A stretch of 64,000 nucleotides of DNA from Sphingobacteriales bacterium 50-39 (GTDB lineage: Bacteria; Bacteroidota; Bacteroidia; Chitinophagales; Chitinophagaceae): assembly GCA_001898505.1 (NCBI GenBank), contig MKTZ01000021.1, positions 39,151-103,150 of the forward strand. The letters are read 5' to 3'. The first letter of the stretch is position 1; every line of letters begins with the position of its first letter. Position numbers and translations under genes: made by a program. Below the pieces are notes generated by a model. It searched no databases, was not told the origin of the DNA, and saw nothing but the letters and a program-made list of their open reading frames with translations. Of this stretch, positions 46,958 through 56,259 are shown piece after piece.

Positions 46958-48724
46958 TTAATTACCTAGTACTATCTCCACACGACGGTTGCGGCTACGG
47001 CCTTCGTCGGTGCTGTTGTCGGCCACGGGCTTGGCGGAACCAAAACCTTTGGACTCGATCTGGCCGTCTTTGAGGCCTTTACGGATCAGGTAGTCTTTTA
47101 CGGCAGCAGCCCTCTTTTCCGACAGGGGGATGTTGACCTCGTCAAGACCCTTGTTGTCCGTATAACCATTGACGCCTACTTTCAGACCTTCGGCAACCAC
47201 GGCCGATTCGAAGATATCATCCAGCGTCCTGTAGGAAGAGCTGCGGATGACGGCAGAACCTGTCTCGAACTCGATGTGGTACGAGCGGGAAGACACGGCC
47301 TGTGTGATCTGATCGGCATATTTGGTCTCGATGGCCTTTCCTTCCAGGAGCTCGGGGTGATTGGAGATCACACTGAGGAGGAAGGATTTGTCTACCGCCT
47401 TTTCATAGGGCATAAAGCTGGGCATGATGGACGGGTACATTTTTACCATCAAATTGCCGAATGTGTTGTAGACGGCTTTATAGCGATCCACCTTGTCACT
47501 GCCTAACCCATAGGTATTGGCCATATCGGACAGGTTGAATACGGTGGAGCCGCCCAGGTGGACGCTCAGTCCGCGTATATCTGTTTCCGTCACACCATTA
47601 TAATACTTCAGCCAGTAGGCTGCGTCCTTCTCCTGGTAGAGTTTGGCGCTGACCTGGGCAGCGAACTGCTTGGCCTCGTTGAAGGAACGTACCTGGTCGC
47701 CGGCCTGGGCCAGGGCGATGATCATGTTCTCGATGTCGGTACGGTGATCATAGGCCCATTTCTTGATCGCGATGACCTGTACGGGCATCTGTGAAGCGTA
47801 CTGCCTGGTGTTGGCGATGGTGATCAGCCCACCCTTTTTGGTGGCGACATTTACGTCACCGGGTGTCCAGGTTGCGACGGCATCCACGCCTACTACGGTG
47901 TCGACTCCTGTGGTCTTGCCGTTGGTTACGATCTTCCTCTTCTCCGTATACCCTGTGATATACTTGTTGGGAGCGTCCAGGAAGTCGCTGGCGGCGATGA
48001 GGTTGATGGCGGCGCCATCATAAGTGGTCTCGTCAGGGTTGACCTTAAGACCATTATCGCCGGCCCATTTCAGCAGGATGTTGACGTCGCCGTCCCTCAG
48101 TACACCGGCTACACATTTACCGATGGCATTGTGAGGGTCCTGTTTCCAGGATTCGGGTCCCATCACCTGGTCCTCACCGTAAGACTTACCATGAGCGATG
48201 GGCAGGATGATGGGTTGATATTCGGGGCCTAAAGGCTCCAACTCTTTGGACAACGAGGTCATAAAGGCGGGCATACCGTCTCCCATGAAGGAGACCAGGA
48301 CACCGGGCTCGTTGGGGTTGTTCTTATACTCTCCGGCGAACTTGACCAGATCGGCCATCTGCTTGTTACAGTCGTCCTGTCTGACATAGGAGATGTCGAG
48401 GTGCGCCTTGTCAAACAGTGAGCTCTTTGTGGTACGTACGCCACCATTGGCATACATGCCGGAGAACTGTGCGTTCCAGGCCATTCGTTCCCAGGTGATA
48501 CGGGTTCCGCCATTGACGGCATCTGCGTCTGTGGGCAGAGGTAAGAGGATGGCGTTGTCTTTAAGCGATGCTTCGGGTGCGTCGGGTAATACTACTTTAC
48601 CGACTTCGACGGCCTTGTTGGCTTCTTTGGGGCGGGCCTGGTACCATTTTACACCCAGTATACCGGCTGTAATGACGGCGGCGATGATGAGTAATTTTCC
48701 GGCAGGTTTGATCTTGACTGACAT
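46958..48724 (-). CDS. periplasmic substrate-binding-like protein fused to a C-terminal OmpA domain
   Basis: N-terminal signal-anchor. ~450-aa alpha/beta region resembling an ABC substrate-binding protein. C-terminal OmpA motif (GYTDNKG...RRVEIVL). Confidence 0.7.
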   Translation of the reverse strand: MSVKIKPAGKLLIIAAVITAGILGVKWYQARPKEANKAVEVGKVVLPDAPEASLKDNAILLPLPTDADAVNGGTRITWERMAWNAQFSGMYANGGVRTTKSSLFDKAHLDISYVRQDDCNKQMADLVKFAGEYKNNPNEPGVLVSFMGDGMPAFMTSLSKELEPLGPEYQPIILPIAHGKSYGEDQVMGPESWKQDPHNAIGKCVAGVLRDGDVNILLKWAGDNGLKVNPDETTYDGAAINLIAASDFLDAPNKYITGYTEKRKIVTNGKTTGVDTVVGVDAVATWTPGDVNVATKKGGLITIANTRQYASQMPVQVIAIKKWAYDHRTDIENMIIALAQAGDQVRSFNEAKQFAAQVSAKLYQEKDAAYWLKYYNGVTETDIRGLSVHLGGSTVFNLSDMANTYGLGSDKVDRYKAVYNTFGNLMVKMYPSIMPSFMPYEKAVDKSFLLSVISNHPELLEGKAIETKYADQITQAVSSRSYHIEFETGSAVIRSSSYRTLDDIFESAVVAEGLKVGVNGYTDNKGLDEVNIPLSEKRAAAVKDYLIRKGLKDGQIESKGFGSAKPVADNSTDEGRSRNRRVEIVLGN

Positions 48725-48809
48725 ATAATTTAAGTTTAGATGATTTTAAAATTCTTTTTACATAATCTGACCAGCGGGGTTTGTCCGGGGGCCAGGGTTA
48801 CATAGGTGA

Positions 48810-49808
48810 TTAGTCCAATAAGCCCTTGTAGCGGTCGGGTGTCTTGACGTCTTTCAGTCTACCCTTGTCTTCGCCTTGTTTGAGGGTATCTTTGGTATAG
48901 TGGAAGTCTGATCCCAGATCGAACTTGTTGATCAGCTCGATGGCCTGGGCTGACTTGGCCTTATCTTCCAGGACCTTGTCGTCCATGAAGCGGGAGGTGA
49001 CATCGATGGCGGACTTGATATGCCCGATCTTTTCCCCGATGTTGACCTTTAAGATGGCCAATGCCCTCTCTGCGTCCTGGTTCAGCTGGTCGTCACCCTT
49101 GAAGGCCTTCATGGCGCTGGTTACAGCGGACAGACCGGTGGTGACGGAATAATAGAGGTCTTTCTTTGCCTCCAGGTCCAACCTGGCGTCTTCCAGCATG
49201 ATACCACTTTCCTCATAGGCGGCGTCGGCAAAGTTTACGAGCTTATTCAGATCGCCCACGATGGGTGTGACATTATCGATGTACTCACGGCAACGGATGA
49301 CGTTGTTGGCGTACAGGTCGATCTGTCTCGGGTTTTTGTTCCCGGCCTGAAGGATCTTTACCTTCTGGATATTCAGCTGGAGCTCTTTTTCTTTGGCGTC
49401 CAGCTTTTCCATCAGTTCGCTCTGCTTGCCTTTGAGGCGACCGGATTGACGGAACAGCGTTTCCCTGTCCTTATAGCCCTGGTCGATCTTGGCCTGCAGG
49501 ATGTTGAAGGGGTTCAGCTCGATGGCCAGCCCGATGGTGTAGTTGGCAATAAAGGAAGAGAGGTATTTGAGCGCTCTCCAGAACTTTTTGCTGCTGACGA
49601 TCATGAGCAGGAAGCCCATTACTACGCCGCCGATGATGAGGTTGATCAGGCTCCATGTCACCGTTACCAGCCAGGGCAATACATAAGTGAGGAAGCCATA
49701 GGCAAGTCCCGCAAAGAGGGACAGACCGATGATGGCGGTGGCGATGTTCTTGGGCTCGCTCCACCATCCGGGGGTTTTTGTTTTTTCGATGAGCTTATTC
49801 ATATTCAT
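48810..49808 (-). CDS. hypothetical membrane protein with cytoplasmic coiled coil
   Basis: Two N-terminal TM helices followed by ~230 aa of heptad-rich helical sequence. First gene-adjacent member of the ABC operon. Confidence 0.5.
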   Translation of the reverse strand: MNMNKLIEKTKTPGWWSEPKNIATAIIGLSLFAGLAYGFLTYVLPWLVTVTWSLINLIIGGVVMGFLLMIVSSKKFWRALKYLSSFIANYTIGLAIELNPFNILQAKIDQGYKDRETLFRQSGRLKGKQSELMEKLDAKEKELQLNIQKVKILQAGNKNPRQIDLYANNVIRCREYIDNVTPIVGDLNKLVNFADAAYEESGIMLEDARLDLEAKKDLYYSVTTGLSAVTSAMKAFKGDDQLNQDAERALAILKVNIGEKIGHIKSAIDVTSRFMDDKVLEDKAKSAQAIELINKFDLGSDFHYTKDTLKQGEDKGRLKDVKTPDRYKGLLD

Positions 49809-49815
49809 TTCATTT

Positions 49816-50436
49816 TTATTGTTGACGTATATATTGTTTTATCTTCTCGATGTCGGCAGCAATCTGCTGCTTTCGGCACGTGCTCTCGGCGGTGTAGTCG
49901 CCGGACCTGCCTGTGATCTTCTGCTCGCTGTCCGTGATCTCGGCCTGTAGTGAAGCTATCTGGCTTTGGAGCTCGCTGATCTCTTTTGCCAGGGCCTGGA
50001 TACGTGTGGTCTTCTGTTCCGCCTCGGCTTTTTTGTCCTGCACTTTTTCCTGCAGAGCTGCCTCTACGGTGGAATGGAAGTGCGCGGCGTCGGTATCCAG
50101 CACTTTCAGGTATTCTTCCGCGGTGGACAGGAGCTTTTCCTTTGTCAATCCCTGGACCTGCAATCCGGCGAAGGCGGCGCTAAACCTTGTGAACTCGTCC
50201 GGGATGGCTTTTAGCGCTGCCACCATCTTCGAAAACTCGAAGTAGTCGGGGCCGGGGATGTTCGCGTCGCTGAAGAGCTTGTCGAAGTATTCCACCATGC
50301 GACTGTCGGTGGATGGCGACTCCACCCTCAGCGGGGCTTCGTGTGGAGTCGCGGTGTTGTCGGATGCTGCCGGCTGGGCGTCGGGAGGATTTACCTCTAC
50401 AAATGCCGACAGTATCTTTTTGCCTAGACCTGCCAT
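49816..50436 (-). CDS. hypothetical coiled-coil protein
   Basis: 206 aa. N-terminal low complexity. C-terminal Q/E/K-rich heptads (LQSQIASLQAEITDSEQKI). Confidence 0.45.
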   Translation of the reverse strand: MAGLGKKILSAFVEVNPPDAQPAASDNTATPHEAPLRVESPSTDSRMVEYFDKLFSDANIPGPDYFEFSKMVAALKAIPDEFTRFSAAFAGLQVQGLTKEKLLSTAEEYLKVLDTDAAHFHSTVEAALQEKVQDKKAEAEQKTTRIQALAKEISELQSQIASLQAEITDSEQKITGRSGDYTAESTCRKQQIAADIEKIKQYIRQQ

Positions 50437-51316
50437 AGTTGTTTGATTTTAATGGTTATTAAAAATCTTTGGGACCGCCGAAGCGGTTTGTCCGAAAGAC
50501 GTATCGTTGGGGCATAGTATGGCCCTTATAGCCTTTTGCGACTATTTAAGACTGTTAGCTATTTCGTTGGGATCACCTTATCACCCACGGGGACCCTTGA
50601 CGTCCGGCGGTGCTGTTACTGCATCAGCATGGACGAGAGAAGGATGTTCTCCCGCACGATGGCGGAAACATTGCACTTTCTGGCAGGCGCCCTGGACTGG
50701 TTGTTCAGCTGGCGCAGGATAAGGAAGATGGCGATAGAGAGCAATAAGGCTAATATGCCTGAAAGCTTTTTCATTTGTCAGTTAATTAAGCGTTGCTGGC
50801 AGAGACGTGGGTTTCCCTGGCTCTTGCCTGGTTGTTTTATGGATCTTTTTTTGTGGGGGGATCAGTCTCGGGCGAACCGAGGGGTCGAAGGACGTCAGCA
50901 ATTGCTGGCTTCCGGAAGTCTGGCGCGATGAGAATAATAGTGGCCAGCTGTATGTAGTTTCATCTTACGTGGGAGACTAGCTCCGTTTTGGTTTGATGGA
51001 GTAAAGATATATTGAGTTTGGTCACCTGGGGAAGAACAAGCGGGAGCATCGGCTATTTTTTCTGAATGCCGGTTAAGTACCTGTGATGAACGGCAAAATA
51101 GGTGGCTGAACGCGAAATATCGGGTCTAAACGGTATTTTTGGACTAATGAATGGTTGCGGGGCTTTACCAGTGGTAATTATGCCTTTTGCAGGGGATGGT
51201 TATTGATACGGTGTTGCATAATGAACGCTGTAAAGCAGGCCCAGTAAGGGTTTGGGCGAGTCGTATTGATACATCGTTGCAGATTTTGTATCTTTCATAG
51301 TACAACTTCTTTCCCT

Positions 51317-51979
51317 ATGCCTCTCCTTAGATGTTCGTTCCTTGTTCTTTTGCTATTCCCGGTGTTGTTATATGGTCAAAGAGGTAACGATCGCGTGATG
51401 ATCGACTCGACAGCCAGGGATACCCACTCATTTAAGATTGATGGCCGCCTATACACCGGAGTATTGAAACAGGATTCTTTTTATTTGTATGATGGGAGGG
51501 GACGGATCTTGTTAAAGCTGTCCAGCGAATATATATTTTCTTTTGAATTTAGAGATTACAACGGCGATGGCTATCGAGATCTGTTATTGGAAGTCGGCAG
51601 CAATATTCCGTCAGTGATGGATGTATATCTTTACTCCCCGTCCCGTCATGGATTTCAAGAACTGAAGGACGCCAGGAAATTCCCTGCGGCGGAGAGAATA
51701 AAAGGGACGCCTTATTATTATTCTTACGAGAGAGGCGGTTGTGCGGATCTAGTCTGGAGCAGTGATCTTTTTTATATCCATAATCGTGCCGCCATAGCAT
51801 TGGGAAATATTCATGGCGAGGAATGTAAGATTGAAGAGGGGGTTTATATTTATAAGCTCCGTGCAGGAAAAAAACAACTGTTGAAGAGATTGCCTATAAA
51901 GGCGATCCATGCGTATAAAAACGGTAAATGGGGTTTTATTGCCGCGTATTGGAAAAAATATTACAGACGATTCATTTGA
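51317..51979 (+). CDS. hypothetical secreted protein
   Basis: Start MPLLRCSFLVLLLFPVLLYGQ (signal peptide). The ORF is open from 51266. Confidence 0.45.
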   Translation: MPLLRCSFLVLLLFPVLLYGQRGNDRVMIDSTARDTHSFKIDGRLYTGVLKQDSFYLYDGRGRILLKLSSEYIFSFEFRDYNGDGYRDLLLEVGSNIPSVMDVYLYSPSRHGFQELKDARKFPAAERIKGTPYYYSYERGGCADLVWSSDLFYIHNRAAIALGNIHGEECKIEEGVYIYKLRAGKKQLLKRLPIKAIHAYKNGKWGFIAAYWKKYYRRFI

Positions 51980-52229
51980 GGAGCCGTCTGCTGGATGTCC
52001 ATCCCATCTATCGCCATGCCGGGGATACGCATGCTCCTGGACAGGCAATAGCCGAGCTCGAACTCATGACAGGGGTTGGGGACATAATACATATTGGACA
52101 TATCCAATGCACCCATTGTCGTGGAGCCGAAAAGCTTCACCTTTCGGCTTTGCTTCACCGACAGCAGGAATGGGATGGCGCCAAAACGGTAAAATAAATA
52201 ACTTGTGGAAAGCTTAAACTCAACGTAAT

Positions 52230-53084
52230 ATGTATTCGAAATTATGTTTCGCCATCCTGGCTGTGATCCTGTCGCTGTCCGTGGGCGCGCAGGATAGTAT
52301 CGGTGTCTTCCCTCTTTGGCCCAAAGGCGCGCCGGGGTTCGAGAGCAGGCGTACTATCCCGGAACAGGCAAAGGATTATTGGGTAAAGAATATCCATAAC
52401 CCGTCGATACAGGTCTATCTTCCGCCAAAGGACAAGGCCACGGGTGCGGCGGTCGTCATCTGTCCCGGTGGTGGGCACCGGCTGCTGGTCTACAATGCGG
52501 AAGGGCGTGACCCGGCCCTTTTTCTCAATAAGATCGGGGTGGCAGCTATTATCCTGAAGTATCGGCTTTTTAGGGAAGATTCTTCCTATACATTTGAAAA
52601 GGACATACGGATGGACGCCTACCGTGCCATGCGGCTGGTGCGTAGCCGGGCCCGTGAATGGGGTATCGATACGGGTAGAGTGGGAATGCTGGGTTTTTCC
52701 GCGGGGGGAGAGGTGGTGGAGCTCATCGCCTACGATCCCGGCAAGGGTGACCCGCAGGCGCCGGATCCGACGGACCGGCTCAATGGCAAGCCTGACTTTC
52801 AGCTATTGGTTTATCCCGGTCCGCTGGGTGTACCTCAAACAGTGCCAAAGGATGCGCCACCGGCCTTTCTGTTGGCGGCGAATGACGACCCATGCTGTGC
52901 CGTACCGGTAGTCAAGCTGCTGGAAAGATACAGAGAGGCAAAAGTTCCTGTAGAAGCGCATATCCTTTCGGGAGGAAATCATGGATTCAACATGGGGGAC
53001 CGAAGCAATCTTCAGGCAGTAAAGACCTGGCCGCAGCGGATGGCGGATTGGATGGGGGACATGGGGTTGCTAAAGGGGCGGTAG
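52230..53084 (+). CDS. alpha/beta hydrolase (carbohydrate esterase / lipase type)
   Basis: Signal peptide. Nucleophile elbow GFSAGG. His near C-terminus (GGNHGF). Confidence 0.8.
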   Translation: MYSKLCFAILAVILSLSVGAQDSIGVFPLWPKGAPGFESRRTIPEQAKDYWVKNIHNPSIQVYLPPKDKATGAAVVICPGGGHRLLVYNAEGRDPALFLNKIGVAAIILKYRLFREDSSYTFEKDIRMDAYRAMRLVRSRAREWGIDTGRVGMLGFSAGGEVVELIAYDPGKGDPQAPDPTDRLNGKPDFQLLVYPGPLGVPQTVPKDAPPAFLLAANDDPCCAVPVVKLLERYREAKVPVEAHILSGGNHGFNMGDRSNLQAVKTWPQRMADWMGDMGLLKGR

Positions 53085-53116
53085 GACGACGGCCGGGGGC
53101 TGGCGAAAAAAAGTAA

Positions 53117-53142
53117 CCCCTGGTAAGACTACCAGGGGTTTT
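53117..53142 (+). terminator. intrinsic terminator after the esterase gene
   Basis: cccctggta-agac-taccagggg forms a 9-bp stem followed by tttt. Confidence 0.55.
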
Positions 53143-53347
53143 ACTAATCAAAGTGTTTTAACCATTAAACCTTATCCTATGAAGACACAAAGCTACGTCA
53201 GGTTAATGGTCGAAAGCAAATTCATTTTATAAGAGTTTACTCTTTAGTGTCAAACTTTACCGAAACACTGGTAATACCCTTAGTGGGCAATACTCCAATG
53301 TTTTAAAGGCTCCGGTCGGGGCCAGGAAGATCTCAGAAGACGCGCGT

Positions 53348-53959
53348 CTATTTCTTTTTCGGCGCTGTCCTTTTGGTGGCTGCAGTTTCGGCGGCCTCCT
53401 GTTTGGCCTTTGCCAGCTCGTCCTCCTCAGACATGATATAAGGTTGGGGGATCGGCAGTTCCAGCATCACATCGGGCATCATGTAGATGATATTGGCAAC
53501 CGTGTTATAGCTGACGTCGAACATCCGCCAGGTCTCTCCACCATCTTTGGACTGGCCGAGAAGATAGGTGACGAGATGATATTTTTTGTTGTCGTCCCGG
53601 TAGATATTCCGGGATTCCTTGATGACACACTGCCATTGGTTCTCACTGGTACTTTCCAACAGGGCTAGGACCTTTCTTTCGGGAAAATCCAGGTCGAAGG
53701 AGCTGACCGTACGGGGATGGATCTTCTGGGCGTTGTTGATAAATCCTTCCTTGCCACCGTAATATTTTAGCACGCTGGCGGGGGCCAGATCGGCGTAGAC
53801 TGACCAGTTTTCGTATACATCCGTCTTGATCAGGCTGTCGGCAAAAAGGAGAGCGCTTTCCTTAATTTTAACAATTTTAGCGCTATCCTGGCAAAAGGCG
53901 TCCGGAGAGGTCGCGGATAGGACTAAAATGGCCACCAGGGGCGTGATAATTAACTTCAT
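53348..53959 (-). CDS. hypothetical secreted protein
   Basis: Likely start MKLIITPLVAILVLSATSPDAFCQ (signal peptide). C-terminal Lys/Ala-rich tail. Confidence 0.5.
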   Translation of the reverse strand: MKLIITPLVAILVLSATSPDAFCQDSAKIVKIKESALLFADSLIKTDVYENWSVYADLAPASVLKYYGGKEGFINNAQKIHPRTVSSFDLDFPERKVLALLESTSENQWQCVIKESRNIYRDDNKKYHLVTYLLGQSKDGGETWRMFDVSYNTVANIIYMMPDVMLELPIPQPYIMSEEDELAKAKQEAAETAATKRTAPKKK

Positions 53960-54087
53960 GGGATACTTGACTTTGAGTGCCAAGATAATATAAAAACCCG
54001 GGCCTTGCAAGCCCCCCTAAGGCCTTGTAAATTTCATAGTTACAATTGGATAAATTATCTTACCTTGACGCACTCACAAATTGACAC

Positions 54088-55110
54088 ATGTTAAGGAAAA
54101 CTGATTTTGTCCATTCCAGCAAGCAAGAACCCCATCGCCTTCGTACCCGGCAGATATTAAAAGAGCATCCGGAAGTCCGGAACCTCATCGGCAAGAACAA
54201 ATACACCATTTTCGCTATCATAGGTCTTGTAACCTTCCAGGTAATCCTGGCCTGGCTGGTAAGCGCACAATCCTGGTGGATCGTATTTGGAGCGGCTTAT
54301 TTACTGGGTGCTTTTGCAGATCATTCCTTATTTGTCATGATCCATGAGTGTGCGCATCATCTTTTGTTCAAGAGCAGGGCTGCCAATCGTCTGGCGGGCA
54401 TTTTGTCCAACCTGCCCCAGATATTCCCTAGCAGTGTGAGTTTCGAACGCTACCATATCAAACATCATTCATTCCAGGGTGTGCATGAGCTGGATGCCGA
54501 CCTGCCCAATCGCTGGGAGGCCAAACTCATCAATAATTATTTCATCGGGAAGGTGATCTGGCTGCTGTTCTATCCTCTTTTCCAGGTCTTCCGTATCTCC
54601 CGCCTGCGTGAGATCAAGCCCTTCGATAAATGGGTGGCGCTGAACTGGCTGGCGGAAATAGCCTTTACTGCGGGGATATGGTATGCATTCGGCCCCAAAG
54701 CGATCGTCTACCTTCTGGCGAGCTTTTTCTTTTCCGTAGGTCTTCATCCTTTGGGCGCCCGGTGGATACAGGAGCATTATCTCACCCATGATGAAGAGCA
54801 GGAGACCTTTAGTTATTATGGGGTGCTCAATGCCGTCGCCTTCAACGTGGGTTATCACAACGAACACCATGACTTCCCGTCCATACCCTGGAACAAGCTG
54901 CCTCAGATCAAAAGGACGGCTCCGGGATATTATGACAGCCTGGCTTCGCACAAATCCTGGACAAGGCTGTTCTTCAGATTCCTCTTCGACAGGGAGATAT
55001 CCCTCTTTCATCGCATAGTCCGCAAGGAGCGTGGCAAGGTAAAGCTCACCGACGAATCCCGGCCGGACATGGATATTGTCAGGTCCGAGGCGCCTGCTAC
55101 AGTAGAATAG
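54088..55110 (+). CDS. fatty acid desaturase family protein (sphingolipid/dihydroceramide delta-4-desaturase-like)
   Basis: Three His boxes (HECAHH, HIKHH, HNEHH). Four TM segments. Confidence 0.8.
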   Translation: MLRKTDFVHSSKQEPHRLRTRQILKEHPEVRNLIGKNKYTIFAIIGLVTFQVILAWLVSAQSWWIVFGAAYLLGAFADHSLFVMIHECAHHLLFKSRAANRLAGILSNLPQIFPSSVSFERYHIKHHSFQGVHELDADLPNRWEAKLINNYFIGKVIWLLFYPLFQVFRISRLREIKPFDKWVALNWLAEIAFTAGIWYAFGPKAIVYLLASFFFSVGLHPLGARWIQEHYLTHDEEQETFSYYGVLNAVAFNVGYHNEHHDFPSIPWNKLPQIKRTAPGYYDSLASHKSWTRLFFRFLFDREISLFHRIVRKERGKVKLTDESRPDMDIVRSEAPATVE

Positions 55111-55139
55111 TTTGTGCGCCGTGGCCGGGATAAGCATTA

Positions 55140-56018
55140 TTATATGAACACTCTCGTTCCCGAATTGAAGTTCTCCCGGAACTCTTTGGGGGTACAGGTT
55201 TTTTTCTTTTTGAAGATCCTGTTGAAGTTGGAGATATTATTGAAGCCGCAGTTATAGGAGATCTCTGCGATGGAATGCGTGGTGTCGATCAGCATCCGCG
55301 AGGCATGTCCCAGCCTTATTTCATTCAAGCTGTCGATAAAGGTGTTGCCTGTCCTCTTTTTTATGAATCTGCTAAAGGATACTTCCGTCATGTTGACGAC
55401 CTTGGCCACCTCGCCCAGGGATATGGGCTTGTCATAATTGTTGTTCATGTATTCGAATGCCTTTTCGATGCGGCGGCTGTTGTAGGTGAAATGTTCGTTG
55501 GTGAAAGAGGCATCGGACAGGGTGCGCATATTGCGTGAGATGGAGAGGTCGTGCAGGATGGACATCAGCTCGAGCACGGAGTCGAAACCATTCTTTTGAT
55601 TGAGGGAAAGAAGGCGTGGCGCCAGTGCGGTTGTAGTCTCCCGTGAGAAGAGGATCCCTTTTTGCGATCGCTCGAACATGTTGCGGATGAAGCTCAGCTG
55701 ATTCCTCCGGAGCAGCTTGTCTTCGAAAAGGTCCTTATGCCATTGAATGGTCACTTCCTTTATCTCTTCGCTACGGCATTGATGCGTAAACCATGCGTGA
55801 TACAGGTTGGGTCCTACCAGCACGAGTTCCAGGTCGTCGATGGTGTCGATGTGATCGCCGACGATGCGTCGGGCGCCTTTGGCATTGACGATAAGGTTCA
55901 ACTCCAGCTCTTCGTGGTAATGCAAGGGGAAGGTGAACTCTTTTTTTACACGGGAGAAAATGGTAAAGCAGTCGTTCTGAGTGAGAGGCGTGATCTCCCT
56001 TATGATATTTGTGCTCAT
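55140..56018 (-). CDS. AraC family transcriptional regulator
   Basis: C-terminal dual HTH (ISLGEVAKVVNMTEVSFSRFIKKRTGNTFIDSLNEIRLGHASRML). Confidence 0.8.
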   Translation of the reverse strand: MSTNIIREITPLTQNDCFTIFSRVKKEFTFPLHYHEELELNLIVNAKGARRIVGDHIDTIDDLELVLVGPNLYHAWFTHQCRSEEIKEVTIQWHKDLFEDKLLRRNQLSFIRNMFERSQKGILFSRETTTALAPRLLSLNQKNGFDSVLELMSILHDLSISRNMRTLSDASFTNEHFTYNSRRIEKAFEYMNNNYDKPISLGEVAKVVNMTEVSFSRFIKKRTGNTFIDSLNEIRLGHASRMLIDTTHSIAEISYNCGFNNISNFNRIFKKKKTCTPKEFRENFNSGTRVFI

Positions 56019-56259
56019 ATTGGCAGGTCGTTATAGTTGAGAAAATGCCGTCAGATTATTACAAAGATGAGATAAAATAGTATAAAGTGAATGAGGGGCG
56101 TTAGATTTTTTAAATAACATTAATAATCATACAGATAACACATATCAACGGACGAAGGGGGAGGATTGGGGTAGAGATATGAGCAATCTGGGATAAAATA
56201 TCATTAGTGTTATGGTAAGTCAGGGTTATATATTTGATGTAATGTAGGATCTTCACTTC

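Noticed and set aside
50616-50774. 52-aa minus-strand ORF (MKKLSGILALLLSIAIFLIL...) encoding a possible small membrane protein
   Set aside because: It is below the ORF-track threshold and has no homology support. It is plausible but unverifiable from sequence alone, so it is not listed as a feature.
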